NCBI GenBank assembly: GCA_047495785.1
Contig: JBLDXI010000024.1
Location: forward strand, 5,394,001-5,458,000
DNA length: 64,000 nucleotides
Direction: 5' to 3'
Origin: Lepidodermella squamata
Lineage: Eukaryota > Animalia > Gastrotricha
In this document: positions 1 through 11,729 of the stretch, piece after piece
Layout: each line of letters begins with the position of its first letter
Position numbering within the stretch: the first letter of the stretch is position 1
Program-made: the position numbers and the translations under genes
Notes under the pieces: generated by a model
Told to the model about the DNA's origin: nothing
The model's database searches: none
The model's input: only the letters and a program-made list of their open reading frames with translations

Positions 1-202
1 ATTCATGGCCGATGAATGTATCACTTACGACTGCCAGCCTGGATATGACCTTGCCCCGAGATGCAACAATTGCGCTCAATTAACTTGCAAAGACGATGGA
101 ACTTGGACATCGCCAACTTTCACTTGTGTTTGCAGCACAGCCGTCGCTAGCGGCTTTTTCGGGCCAACTCGTAACTCGGTTAAAAATGCCAGGATACCGT
201 GA
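1..202 (+). CDS. 3' end of a sushi/CCP-domain gene (starts upstream of window)
   Basis: ITYDCQPGYDL...LTCKDDGTWTSPTFTC matches the CCP consensus (Y-x-C-xx-GY-x-L...C-xxx-G-x-W...C); stop at 200-202. Confidence 0.75.
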   Translation, partial: FMADECITYDCQPGYDLAPRCNNCAQLTCKDDGTWTSPTFTCVCSTAVASGFFGPTRNSVKNARIP

Positions 203-313
203 ACTTCGCCCATTCGAAATCAGTATTTATTTCATAATTTTCATAATTTACAAATCATAAAACGAGGCTTATTTATCTCTACGAGATGACAAGAAAAAAT
301 GAAGAGGTATCGA

Positions 314-3300
314 TCACACTGTACAAAATGGCGTATCGGTCCACTGAAAAATAATTGTGACTTTATAATGCTATTTTGACATATCATTTCTCACCTTGCC
401 GTCGGTATTACATAGAATGGTCGAATCGCCAACAAGTCTATAGCCGTCGTTACATTGGAAGACGAAGAATGCGCCAACTGGGAACATGGCGTTGTTGTTC
501 TGCGTTATCAGCTGCGCTATGACTTGGGCGTTCAATGGAATCATAGGCGTGGGACAACTGATGCCAGGGAAGGCGGCCGAAGGAGAGGCCATTGCAGGCG
601 CCATCTGCGGAGGAGGAAAAGGGGGTAACTGAACCCGCGGGGTGGGTAGCATAGCTGGGGCCGGCGTTGGCGGTGGAGGTAAAGGCATGTTCGTGACAGG
701 TGGTGATGGGAGTTGGGGCTGGAGAGCTGTGCCGTCCTCGCAGAAGAACACGCTTGCACTCCAGGTGCCATCTCTCAAGCATGTCATTATCCCGGTTACC
801 TTTCACATCGCAATATTCTCTAAAATTCTCTCATTCTTAAGGACTTACTTGAAATCCTGGTTCGCATTGGTATTGGATGAATTCACCAACAGCGTAAGTT
901 GCCGATGAGCTGATTGGGGCCGCATTCGCTGGAGCTCTCGGCGCTTGGCACGTCGCACCGGTTGCAGCAGCAAGAGCGTTTCTAAACCCCGATAAAACAC
1001 CCCTAGTAGTTGGCTGACACGTCATCGAGGCAGACGACCAGGTACCATCAGATCTACATTGAACAGTGCCGAAAATCGTATACCCAGCTTGACATCCGTA
1101 TTGCACGTAATCTCCTCCAGCGTACTCATCGGGGGCGAAAGATCCGGTCGAGAGGGCTCTGCTGTTACGAAGTGTCGTCGAGTAGGTTGGCAAATCGGGT
1201 GATTGGCAGTAAATTGATGGCATTGTGGTAGTTGTCGTGGTCGTTGTCGTAGTGGTGGTCGTCGTTGTAGTTGTTGCCAAGTCGCACTGCAAACACGTTT
1301 TACCGTATTTCAAGAAATGCATTATTCAACTCACCACAAAATCGCTCGCAGTCCATTGACCGTTTGTTTGGCAGGTCAGTAAAGCCGTTCCTGTAAGGCG
1401 TCCCAACCGCCCGCTTGGTGTGAATCCATTTTCACAAGCCAGTGTGATAACATCGCCAGGATTATAAGCTCCGTTTCGATTGCTGGGCGCAAAGATCGGG
1501 CAGGAATGCGCTGGATAAACTGGTTCTCCGCAAAGTATCACTAACATCAGAGAAAATGAGATTATGCGTAGATTTGGCTATACATGCTCACGCTTCTTTT
1601 GACAGTTGAAGTTCAACGGACTCCACGATCCACTTTGAAGGCAAGTAATTTGTGGCGGTCCTTGCGGCGTGAATCCATCTACGCAATCCAAAAGCAGCGT
1701 ATCACCCGCTACGTATTTGCCATTGCTACTTGGCATTGACGAAGATGGTAGGAGTCGAGAATTAGGCGGCGCAGGTGGCATGTCACACGTCACTATGAGC
1801 ATAATGGTTGGTATTCGTGTATCTTATAGCTCAGGTTACCTGGTGCCGCACGCTGGCAATCAAGAAGGCAACCTGCCCATGTCCCATCTTGTTGGCAAAC
1901 CACAGTGGCCGTGTTCCCACCGCTTGGTGGCTTCGACCCAGGGCTGCACACGAAGGTAACGCTGCGAATGCACAAATTCAACTTAGAAAACACAGCGAGC
2001 TTCAACTAACGCAAAACCTACGTGTTCCCGACGTTGTAGCGCCCATCAGGGGTCGGCTGGCTCCCACTCAAAGCCATCGACATTTCAGCGTTGTTAGGAG
2101 TGGTTGGCTTGCTGCATGTTATTAGCGGTGTGCTCCTCGTGCAGTTTAATAGGGGTCGAGTGAAGTTGCCGTTATCCTGGCACATGATGAATGGGCAGCC
2201 CTCGGCTTGGTAGCCTTCCGCACATGCCAGAGTTACTACGTCGCCAGGTGAGTAGAGGCCGCCGGTTTTCGAGCCGCTTGCGACTCTAGCCGCTGCTGGG
2301 AGATCACATGGCGCCGTGCATTGCTTAGCCCCGTTACTGTTCCCTCCCCCTGCCATGACCATAGCTGAAGCGGGTAGGGCAAGCATTCTTGAGAAAGCAG
2401 CGTGGCTGAAACTTCGAAACGATGTCGCTTGGGCCACAACTTCAATCGCCGTGCAGCTTAGAGCAGTGGTGCTCCATTCGCCACTTGGTAGGCATGTAAC
2501 TAAACCATGACCAGTCGCCCTGTAGCCTTGGTTGCATTCGTATTGGAAAAAAGCTCCGACAGGATAACGGCCATCTGTTAAGCTAGAAGGGCTAGTTGAA
2601 ACAAATGCATTCACGGGCATTGTCCGCGGTTGTGCGCATGTAACACCTAAACAGAATTTAAAAATGTATCAAATTGGGTTCATGATTTTTACCTAAAACG
2701 CCGGCTGGCGTGCAAACAGGCAGTCGAGTCCATGTCCCGTTTTGAAGACAGTAAGATCGAGGCTCTCCGCTCATTTTAAAGCCTGCTTCACATTTAAACT
2801 CGAGAAAGTCGCCGAGTGAGTAACTTTGCTCGCCCTGTCGACTTGAGGTGATTGTAAAAGCGTGACGGGGTGAATTCGGCGTTGAACACTTCTTAGCAAG
2901 TAGTAAACGGTCAGGACATATGGAGAGTAAGAAGCCATTCTTGCCAGCACATTGGGGGGCTTCTGGTGGCTCACAAATGCCAGGGTGAGATAACCGTCTG
3001 GGGTCGGTAATATGAGGCTCATTCGGCCCAGCAGGACGCCATACACAGTCAGGATCGCCGAGTTCTACAAAATGAATCGGAGCGATGAAACTTGAACGTT
3101 CAGCTCGAAATAAGTCAAACCTTGGCCATTGGTCAGTCCATCGCCGTCGCTGTCTTGCCGGCAGAGCGCGACGGTCCACATTTTGCGAACTTGGATGAAG
3201 TGTTGACCGAAGATGTTCAATTTCCCACCGCCCTCTGGTTCTTCATGACCGACTGAAACAAAATGGCTTGCATTTACCATGATTGGGTGGAAAGATGAAT

Positions 3301-3489
3301 TAGTGCACTCAAACCTCCTGACCAAGTTTTCGTCCGGTCACAGACATGCGGTACGCGGTCCCCGTTAGGTATAAGCATTTTAAAGCCAGGGTAGGCCCAT
3401 GCCGGTTGGGCAGCGAGTTGCAGTAGCGCCAAGGAAATTGCGCTTGTCGCAGCCGATATTTTATATGCAATAAGGTGATTTGTAGTCAT
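314..3489 (-). CDS. Secreted protein: signal peptide + temptin-like domain + 9 sushi/CCP domains with Thr-run and Pro-rich linkers (multi-exon)
   Basis: Spliced through short GT-AG introns. AYPGFKMLIPNGDRVPHVC..WSGVGH..GGGKLNIFGQHF..WTVALCRQDSDGDGLTNGQELGDPDCVW..LSHPGICEP is the temptin signature. It continues within the same exon (ORF 2658-3179) into CCP1, followed by 8 more CCP repeats. Last exon reads WTDTPFCTV-stop (TGA at 314-316). Confidence 0.8.
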
Positions 3490-3742
3490 AATGCGTTTAC
3501 AGGACAGTTGCTATACAATGTTAGCTTAGCTTTACTAACATTGAACAAGGCTACATGCATGCATCATCACTGTTGTGGTGTAGGATGCACTGGGGCTACT
3601 TAAGAGATATAGGAAGGAGCGAGACGGGAGGCAGCAACGCCCGGTAGCGGCACACGCGTGCGTGCACCCATGTGAAAAAACACGCGGATAAGTAAACAAT
3701 TTATCACAAGCTGTTAAGTTTGTAAATAGCGCGTTTCCAAAG

Positions 3743-4947
3743 TTACTGGTTAACATTGATGATTGTGTCGATCCAAGCCCGAACAGTGCATATTCGTGTG
3801 TAAACGGCGGGATACTGGCCCCTAGCGCATCCCACTGCATTGGAGACAACTCCATCGATGGTGAAATAGCCGTCTCTGAAACACGCCAATGGCCCGCCGC
3901 TGTCGCCGGTACACGGTGCCACGCCGCCAGCTGGGTAGCCTGTACAAATCTTCGTGGATCCAATAACTTGAACGCCGACATAAGCACTCGCACAGCTCGT
4001 CGGCGATAGAACGGGAACCATTGCCTTCTTTAGTTGGGCGCTCGACGATTTCTCTTCACCTGTGAGGCCCCAGCCTGATATGATTGCCATTTCCCCAGGT
4101 TGACAAGAGGCCGCACAAGAGTCTGGTAAGCATATCGGTTTGATGGCCCATCCAATAGCGACGAGAGCCGGAGTTTCTATAGCAACAGCGGGATAAGGGT
4201 AAAAAATGTGTCTTCCTTGAAACTCCTACCTTCCATTTCAAGGATGCACACGTCGTAGTCAAGTGAAGACTCATTATACAAAGGATGCATGTTGATTTTG
4301 AAAGCCTGCGTATTGCGGCATTTTTAGTTATCTAACAAAGCAGTTGAAACACTAACTTTTATTCGGAGCATGGCTGAGTCCTTTAATCGTGTTAGATTGT
4401 GAGCACCATAATGCACGGTTACATCTCGTGGATCGTCGGTATATGCACAGCAGTGGGCAGCCGTAATTACAAAACGCGTTGAATCAATTACCGAACCTCC
4501 TATGAATCGAATTGAGCTCTCTTTTCAGGAATAGCAAAACACTCACCGCAATGCGAGACAGTTGTTGGTCTACGAAACACCAGATAAACTTGCCAAGGGA
4601 ACTCATGTTTCGCAGCATCTTTATGAACAAATTGAACGACATTGAAAGCAATCAACTGATTTGCCACTACTAACCGATGCCGCCGACAATTGAGCTTGCA
4701 GCGTTCCAGTACCTCGTGTGGCCGCAAGCAGACCCATTCGGTGGAGATTTAGCGGTAACGCCGTACTGGATTGCAGCCTTTGGCGAGGGTCTGCAAGTTC
4801 GCAACATATGAAAAATCCTCCTGCTACATCAGTGAAAAATGAATGTTCAGACCTAATGGTAGCTGGCTGTGTTCGACGGCTCCCCCTGTACGTAGTGCAT
4901 GCTTCCGTCAGCGTAATCATAACGTAGATGAGGATAACGACAATCAT
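3743..4947 (-). CDS. Secreted S1 (chymotrypsin-fold) serine protease zymogen, 6 exons
   Basis: Signal peptide, then spliced IVGGIDAAKHEFPWQV, HCGGSVI, VITAAHC (His), DYDVCIL (Asp), ISGWG, CTGDSGGPL (Ser) and YPAVYTRI..WI. Confidence 0.92.
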
Positions 4948-5315
4948 CTGTCTTCTTTTGGGTTAAAAACCTCTTTTCACCTGCAGGTTCCTTCAATTTT
5001 AAATTGGGCAACAGCAATGGATGCTATATTTGCTCGTGAGATAAACACCAACTTGCCGCAGGTACACTTGCACGAGTAGTGTATACGCAACAAACAAGTT
5101 ACCCATGACTACGCGTGACTTACTCTGAGCAATTTTATTGCTTTATCGCCGTGTGAGGCAGTTTACTTAGACGAACACTAGTTAAAAGTTAAAACGGTAC
5201 AAAATAATGACAGCCAGGTTTTAGAGTTCATGCCAGGAACAGCTATTTCTCGTCATTTGAGCGGAAAAATGAGTTCACAAGCTGGTCAAAATTCTTGATT
5301 TTTGGCGGCCTAAAT

Positions 5316-6515
5316 TCATGGCTCATAGCCGAGCTCAAATCTTGAGTTTTTAGCAGCGGAGCGGACGTTGTTGCTTCCTGCTGATAGGCGGTTGCACACG
5401 GGTGGCGGTGAGCTCCATTTGCCTCCAGTCGAGCAGAAAACTGTCTTCTCGCCGGTCATACCGTAGTCGAGGATGCAGTCGTAAGTGATGTAAGAGCCAA
5501 GTTGGAAGCGATTAGCTGACTGAGGACGCGACTGCTCAACAATATCTAGAAATTAAAAGCAACATCAGAAAGAGAGGAAATTCCGGAAAGAAGTCGACTT
5601 ACATGCGTTTTCTGGCGTTGGAGGAGCGATGCAGGCGTGGGCATTGGATCCTGCGCTTGAAGCTCCGCCCATCGCAGCGTCGAAGCCACTTTTTGGCCGA
5701 TTGCTTTCGGCCTGCTGGGCCATCTTCTGCACCGGTGATTTCTGGCAAATCGGCAATTGACCGGACCATGTACCGTCCGGCTGGCAAGTCACAGCATCGT
5801 CGCCACTCGTCAACTCGAAGCCCTCATCACACGCATACTTGATAAAATCGTCCGCCTCGTACTGGCGGATAGCAGATGGCGGTTGTTGCTGCTTTTGCTG
5901 AGCTGGCTGGCCAACAATGTGTGCGTTACGCGGTGTTTCTGGCTCGAAACACCGCTTCGTGGTTGAACGCTGGAGATTCGCGACACTCCCACTAACGCGT
6001 GGTGAATTACGGCGGCAGGTCGGCAGTTCGTCAGACCAGAATCCCGAGGGATGGCACAATAGCCGGCCAGTTTCACCTTCGTCGAACGCATAGCCATCGT
6101 GGCATTCGAACAGGATGTAGTCGCCGGACAGAAAACGGTCATCGTGGGACTTTTGATCGGCGATGAACGCATTTTCGGGGGTTACAGGGGTTTCACATTG
6201 TTTAGCGTTCGAACGGCGTCGGCAGAAACCTACGCCGCCGGCGGTCCAAAACCCGCGACCAGAGCATGTCGAAGCATCATCGCCGACCAATTCGTATCCC
6301 TGCGGGCATGTGACGTGGATAATTGTTCCGGGTGGGTAGTCGAGCGATGCGCTTTGGCAGAAAGCGTTAGCTGAGCTAGCGGCCTCGTAACCTGCCGGCG
6401 AGTCTGATTGCCGCTGGGCGGCTGCTGCCTGTTCGGCGCCGTTGAAAAACACCATAGCGGCGTGCGATTTGGCGACGCCGAGAACCGTCACCACATACAA
6501 CGCGGCGACGATCAT
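5316..6515 (-). CDS. Secreted protein with 4 sushi/CCP domains (2 exons)
   Basis: Signal peptide MIVAALYVVTVLGVAKSHA and three CCP repeats in ORF 5565-6515. A GTAAGT donor near 5602 and acceptor near 5546 give the 4th CCP (YITYDCILDYGMTGEKTVFCSTGGKWSSPPPVC); TGA at 5316-5318. Confidence 0.85.
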
Positions 6516-7158
6516 TTGCGATGATCAAAAAGTTTGTTGCAGTGAAGTTGAACGAAATGAGAAATGCAGAATCGCGGATGTAAGCGCGTGTTTTCTGTTC
6601 CGTGGTATTTTTGTTGTTGTCGCACGTCGCAAGTGTTTAGGACCGCGCGCGCCTTTGTTCGGTCACGGCTGTCGCAAAATATTGTCGCAGAATTGCTGCT
6701 ACGCTGGTGTGTTATTTTGCGAAAACGCTCGCGTGTTTGCTTCGACAGCGTGGCTCGGCAACACGTTCGTGGATCAGCCGTTGTCAGAAAATTTCAGAAA
6801 AACATCATCCGCTACTTGAGAAGGCTGAAATATTTTAGACACATTGAAAAAACGCTCCGTGCACGTTTTCGTGTGGCAGCATATATGTGTTCACTTGATG
6901 TCCCTGATGCTAAAACCAGAATACCTTGTGGCTAAGAATTCTCGACTTAGGCGGCTGACGCAAAAGAGTCCCCTGTGCAGAAAGTCGCGCATTTTTATTA
7001 TCGTCCCCGAAAATTTTGATATTTCATGCCATTTTTGGCGAGCAGCAGACGAATGACAGAACTAGCAATCGACCAATCGAGCGAAACAAAGCCCAACGGA
7101 ACAAAAATTATTTGTAGAGGGGGTATTAGCTAGTAATCATCAACTCGGATATCTGTGA

Positions 7159-7801
7159 TTAGCACCGGGCTATTCGGTTGTCAATAAAATAGTAGCCAAT
7201 ATCGCAACTGGGCGTTGGGAACGACCATCTGCCGTCTTTCAGGCAAGTCAGTGTTGCGAAGCCTTTCAGGATGTAGCAGAATGAACATGAATAGCGAATG
7301 GTACCACCCACTTCGAAGCGCACTTCGTTGCCGGTCTCGTTCATCAGACCCGTGTGGGTGATTATGAAGCCGTTCTTCGGGGTAGGCGGAGCTAAACAGC
7401 CAGGCCTCCGGACAACTATAAGAAAATAGTATGGTAAAACACCACTAAATGGCGCTAAGTTTGAAATGGCGCTTACTTTTCTGGCACACTCCCAGTGCAC
7501 CGCCATTCCACGTGTAGTTCTGATCGCACGTCACAAGGGACGGGCCTAAGAGTTCGTAACCTTCCGGGCACCTGACTTCAATGATTGTACCACGTGGGAA
7601 AAACCGATCAGCGCTGCAGCTGCCTGGCCCAGTGTCATTCGTCCGATTCATCATCAGCATCGTGTAGTTGACAGTTGTAGTTCGCTTGTAGCGATGAGCT
7701 GACACTAGATGATGGCCATTTTCAATGAGTAAAGCGAAGAGACAAGAGATCGAAATCGCAACTAGACAACGCAAGTTGTTACCGCCCGAGTGGCGATGCA
7801 T
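7159..7801 (-). CDS. Small secreted protein with 2 sushi domains (2 exons)
   Basis: Hydrophobic N-terminus; RCPEGYELLGPSLVTC..WNGG; intron about 7475-7415; second CCP YSCSFCYILKGFATLTCLKDGRWS; ends GYYFIDNRIARC. Confidence 0.85.
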
Positions 7802-8065
7802 CTTACTAACTATATTGCGAAAAACCAGGAAGTTGCTAAGACTGACGAGCTCATCGAGCGCCCGATGCTGAAATGCACTAACGCCCTGAAATCCGAGCGC
7901 GAGTAAATATTAAAAAATCTCTCATTTTTTGCGCAAATACTGCAGAACGTGCCGCTTTCGCGTTGGAGGTGTGAACGAGGTCACGCGTAAATCTGCGGGT
8001 TTTGCGGTTTCTTCGCGCATTTGCGTGTTATTTTGCGCAGGTGAATTTCCTCCAGCCGAAACGAA

Positions 8066-8708
8066 ATGCACCAGCTGCTACTGCTCTTCCTAATCGAAGT
8101 GATACTTGTCGGCGCGCACCGATACAGAACTTACTTTCCGACAACAACCGCCGTATCAACAACCTCTGGTTATGACAACTCAACATCTTCGGCAGTCCAG
8201 TACTGGCAGCCGCCGAAAAAGCAGTGCAATGTGTACCGGCAATATCCGAGAGGGACTACTATTACCATCCGCTGCCCTGAAGGCTACGAACTCTTAGGAA
8301 GTTCATATGTCACATGTGGCGGGAACGCGGATCAGCCTAACTGGAATGGCGGCGCCTTACCTGCCTGTCGCAAGAGTAAGTCTCAACACTCTGGCGTTTT
8401 ACACTATAATTGACTTGTTTTTCGCAGTCGTGCCTAAACCAGGATGTGTTGCTCTACCCCCGCCTAAAGGCGGTTTTATCATTGAGCACAACGGTTTAAT
8501 CGGGAACAGGACTAACATTATCGGCTTGTATGGCCCAGAAGAGGTGCGATTCGAAGTGGGCGGTTGGGTCAGGTATTCCTGTGGATTCTGCCACATCCTA
8601 AAAGGCTTCGGTCAGCTTACATGCCGCAAGGATGGTACGTGGGACTACCCACTGCCTTACTGCCAAAAGGGCTACTACTTTGTGAGCGGTCGTATTGCAC
8701 GCTGCTGA
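8066..8708 (+). CDS. Small secreted protein with 2 sushi domains, paralog of 7159-7801 (2 exons)
   Basis: Signal peptide MHQLLLLFLIEVILVGA; RCPEGYELLGSSYVTC..WNGG; GTAAGT intron about 8376-8427; second CCP; ends GYYFVSGRIARC. Confidence 0.85.
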
Positions 8709-9193
8709 GATATACATATGCATTTTTGCACAACTTCGGCTCAAAAAATATTTATTCAAAAAACGAGACATTATAATTCGCTCTTGTTTCAAAACCTCGA
8801 TCTTTGATCGTAAAAATTTCACTTGTCATTCAATTAACATTTCGTTGTTGGAATCTATTATTATCGCGTTTATCGCTCAGCCCTAAAAGGGATGCAATAA
8901 ATCTGAATCCAGTTGTTTACGGGATTAAAATAATAAAATTTGCTTTTAGAATGTGCTGTGTGTTGTTTTCTTGTCACACCGAACAAACAAACATTGATTT
9001 CTACGCATAAGTTTTAGCTGCTGTTTTTTTGCTGTCAAGCGTCGCGCTATGAGCAAACAACTAAGCGTGGGCGCATCCTACAAGAATGGCGTAGGATTGA
9101 ATTTGGTTAGTTTTTTGTCAACTACTGTCTCAAGCAAACACAACGCTGCTTCCCATGTTGTGACACAATTTTCTGACAGGAAAATTAAGCGCC

Positions 9194-9959
9194 ATGCAAA
9201 GCGGAGTGATCCCAACTTTCTTTTTGTTATGCATTTTGGGTAACACATCAGCTCAGAATGCAGCACCTACTTCTAACACACAGAATGATTTGTTGCGAAC
9301 ATTGCAAATGCTCCTCTTGATGGGCAATGCGGCACCGGGCAGTGATCAAAACTTGACGAGCAAAGCCGTAGTTGGCTATTTGAACAACTACTTTCGCAAC
9401 GTATCCTCGGCTGGCCACCAAGCGAAAATGGCACCGGCATCTGCTCCTATGGAGTCACAAGTTAAACGCTGCAATGTTTGTCCCAATGCTAAATGTCCGG
9501 TAAGTTCGTCATCCGACACAAGAGAACTTAATTTTATGATTCGTTCCAACGTGATTAGGTATGCTTGAATGCTCCATCTACTTCGACTATTATACCGGCT
9601 GCTGGTGATCGGAATGCTAAGAAAATGGCCCCGGGAAATCAGGAAATATTATTGAGCCCAGAGGACTCGGCTAAAACTGTGCGTTGTGGAAACATTCTTT
9701 AATTAGATTTTAGATCTGCTCTTGTTTAAAAGTGTCTGGAATGCTGTCCATCGAGTTGCGTTAGCAGTGACATCGACTGTCAAGACTGCGTCCGTTTCGA
9801 CGAAAGCATTTTCAGCAACTGCACTGATTTGGATTCTGACTACGTGGTAAATTCTTGAATTGGATATAATCTATCCAAGCATATTAATTTGTGTTTATTT
9901 TATCCCAACAGTTTACCAGACGTCTAGCAGCTATCAGTTGCTCTTGGCCGCGTGATTGA
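9194..9959 (+). CDS. Secreted orphan protein with C-terminal Cys-rich domain (4 exons)
   Basis: Signal peptide MQSGVIPTFFLLCILGNTSA; GT-AG introns give CNVCPNAKCP/VC...CLECCPSSCVSSDIDCQDCVRFDESIFSNCTDLDSDYV/FTRRLAAISCSWPRD-stop. Confidence 0.65.
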
Positions 9960-10357
9960 AATGTTGCAATTTGAATAAATAAAATAAGTGGAAGGAGTGA
10001 ATAAACGCATTTTTGTTAGCATTTGAGGCAGAGGATGATCTACAAGAAAGACAAGTAGAGAGTGCACACGTTTATCAAACAGTTGAGCGGGACAAACGTG
10101 TTGGGTAGGCTTCATCCCGATGAAAGACAAGAAAGAACAGTAAAGACTGTTGGTAGAGAAGTATACGAATGTTTGTTCACATCGCCGATGTTCTGCAGTA
10201 ATGTTGCATTAACATTGTCCAGACATCGCACTAAGCTGCAGTGCAGCCTGCAAAGAAAAGATAAACATTTGTAGTGTTTTTCACAACAGTGTGCGGTTTG
10301 ATGCGACACTTCAATTTTATAATAAATCCGCATCCAAGACACAGTCAGTGCAAATTC

Positions 10358-11413
10358 ATGGAAACTCACAGAACTCCGACTTTCATCGTAATGGTGGTGG
10401 CTTTCCTCACCGGATCAAACCTAGCTCAAAACAGTAAAATTGCCCCGGAATTGGTAAGGATCCTCCTTTCACAAGGACGTAGTTCCGCAATTCCTATATC
10501 TTATAATTTCATTTCCTAGCCGTTGCAGCCCGGTTTAATACTTACCACTTACAGCAACGCAACTCTGGCTGCAGAATTACTGCGGTCTCTTCAGCAGCTG
10601 CTAGTAGCTGGCGGGAGTAACAGCACATCGAAAGCCATCAATTACATTAACGCCTTCCTAGCCCCTTACCAACCAGCAACAGGTCGACGTCTTTCAAATA
10701 TGGAATCTGAGAAGCAGCAATCTACAACTGCTGGAATTCCTACAACCACTCAGCCCAATCCTCCAACTACAACAGCGCCACCAGCGAGAAACTTTTCGCT
10801 GAATGATGATGCTGATTTGAGTGCGATTTTGGAACCCATAGAACTGGACCCTATTGATACTGAAACAGCAGCTTCGCTTGACGAGAACGCAACGCGGAAC
10901 GGAGTTGAGTTCAGTGAGCTTTTCAATCTTAAACTCGCTGGACTACGAGTTCGCGCTAATCGGACTCGAAAATCGAGCGCGAATCGAAAATCCTTGAATG
11001 GCAGCAGTTCTTCGTTCGAAGATGACGCAATGGAATACTACGACGAAGATGCCGCGGACGAACAGGGAACGACTACAACCGCGGCGCCGTTCGAACCCTT
11101 AACGGAGCAGCCGGTTGTTGCGAAATCGACCAGATTGGTGAGTTGATATCGTTCATCTTTTCGACATTGACAATTTTCATCCGCCCAAACAGTGCATCGA
11201 ATGCTGTCCTGTGTCGTGCTTTGAACGCGGGAAAAACTGCGTGGATTGTTTCCGTGTATACGACAGCCGAATTCGGAACTGCTCAGACATCAAGGCTGGT
11301 TACAAGGTAGGAGCTAAGCTGCAAATAGATTCCATCAGTGTTTACCGTGTTTATCGTTATTACAATACCAGTTATCGGAGAATCTCGATGCGCGATCGTG
11401 CTTTAGTAGATGA
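10358..11413 (+). CDS. Secreted orphan, paralog of 9194-9959, with Thr/acidic linker and C-terminal Cys-rich domain (4 exons)
   Basis: Signal peptide METHRTPTFIVMVVAFLTGSNLA; shared ELLRSLQQLL..SKAINYIN segment; CIECCPVSCFERGKNCVDCFRVYDSRIRNCSDIKAGYK/LSENLDARSCFSR-stop. Confidence 0.65.
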
Positions 11414-11729
11414 ACTCAACTTCTAGTTCTGCTATATCTAAAAGCTTTTTGTTATTTTGTTACCGCGGGGCATATATTTCCATTTTTTATTCAGTGATAC
11501 TAAACTTGTGGCGAAAACCAGTCTAATAAATAAAAAATAGCGCATCGTCGAAAAGCTGTTTGTTTTACTTATTTCAACTTGACAACACCGGCAACAATAC
11601 AAGACGAAGAGAAAAAAGGCGAATAAGAAAATACCGAAGAAATATATTATTAAACATCAATAATCAAATCGCAATGCGAAAAAATGTACAAACATGTGGT
11701 GACGAGATGTATGAAGTTCATCACTGCTA

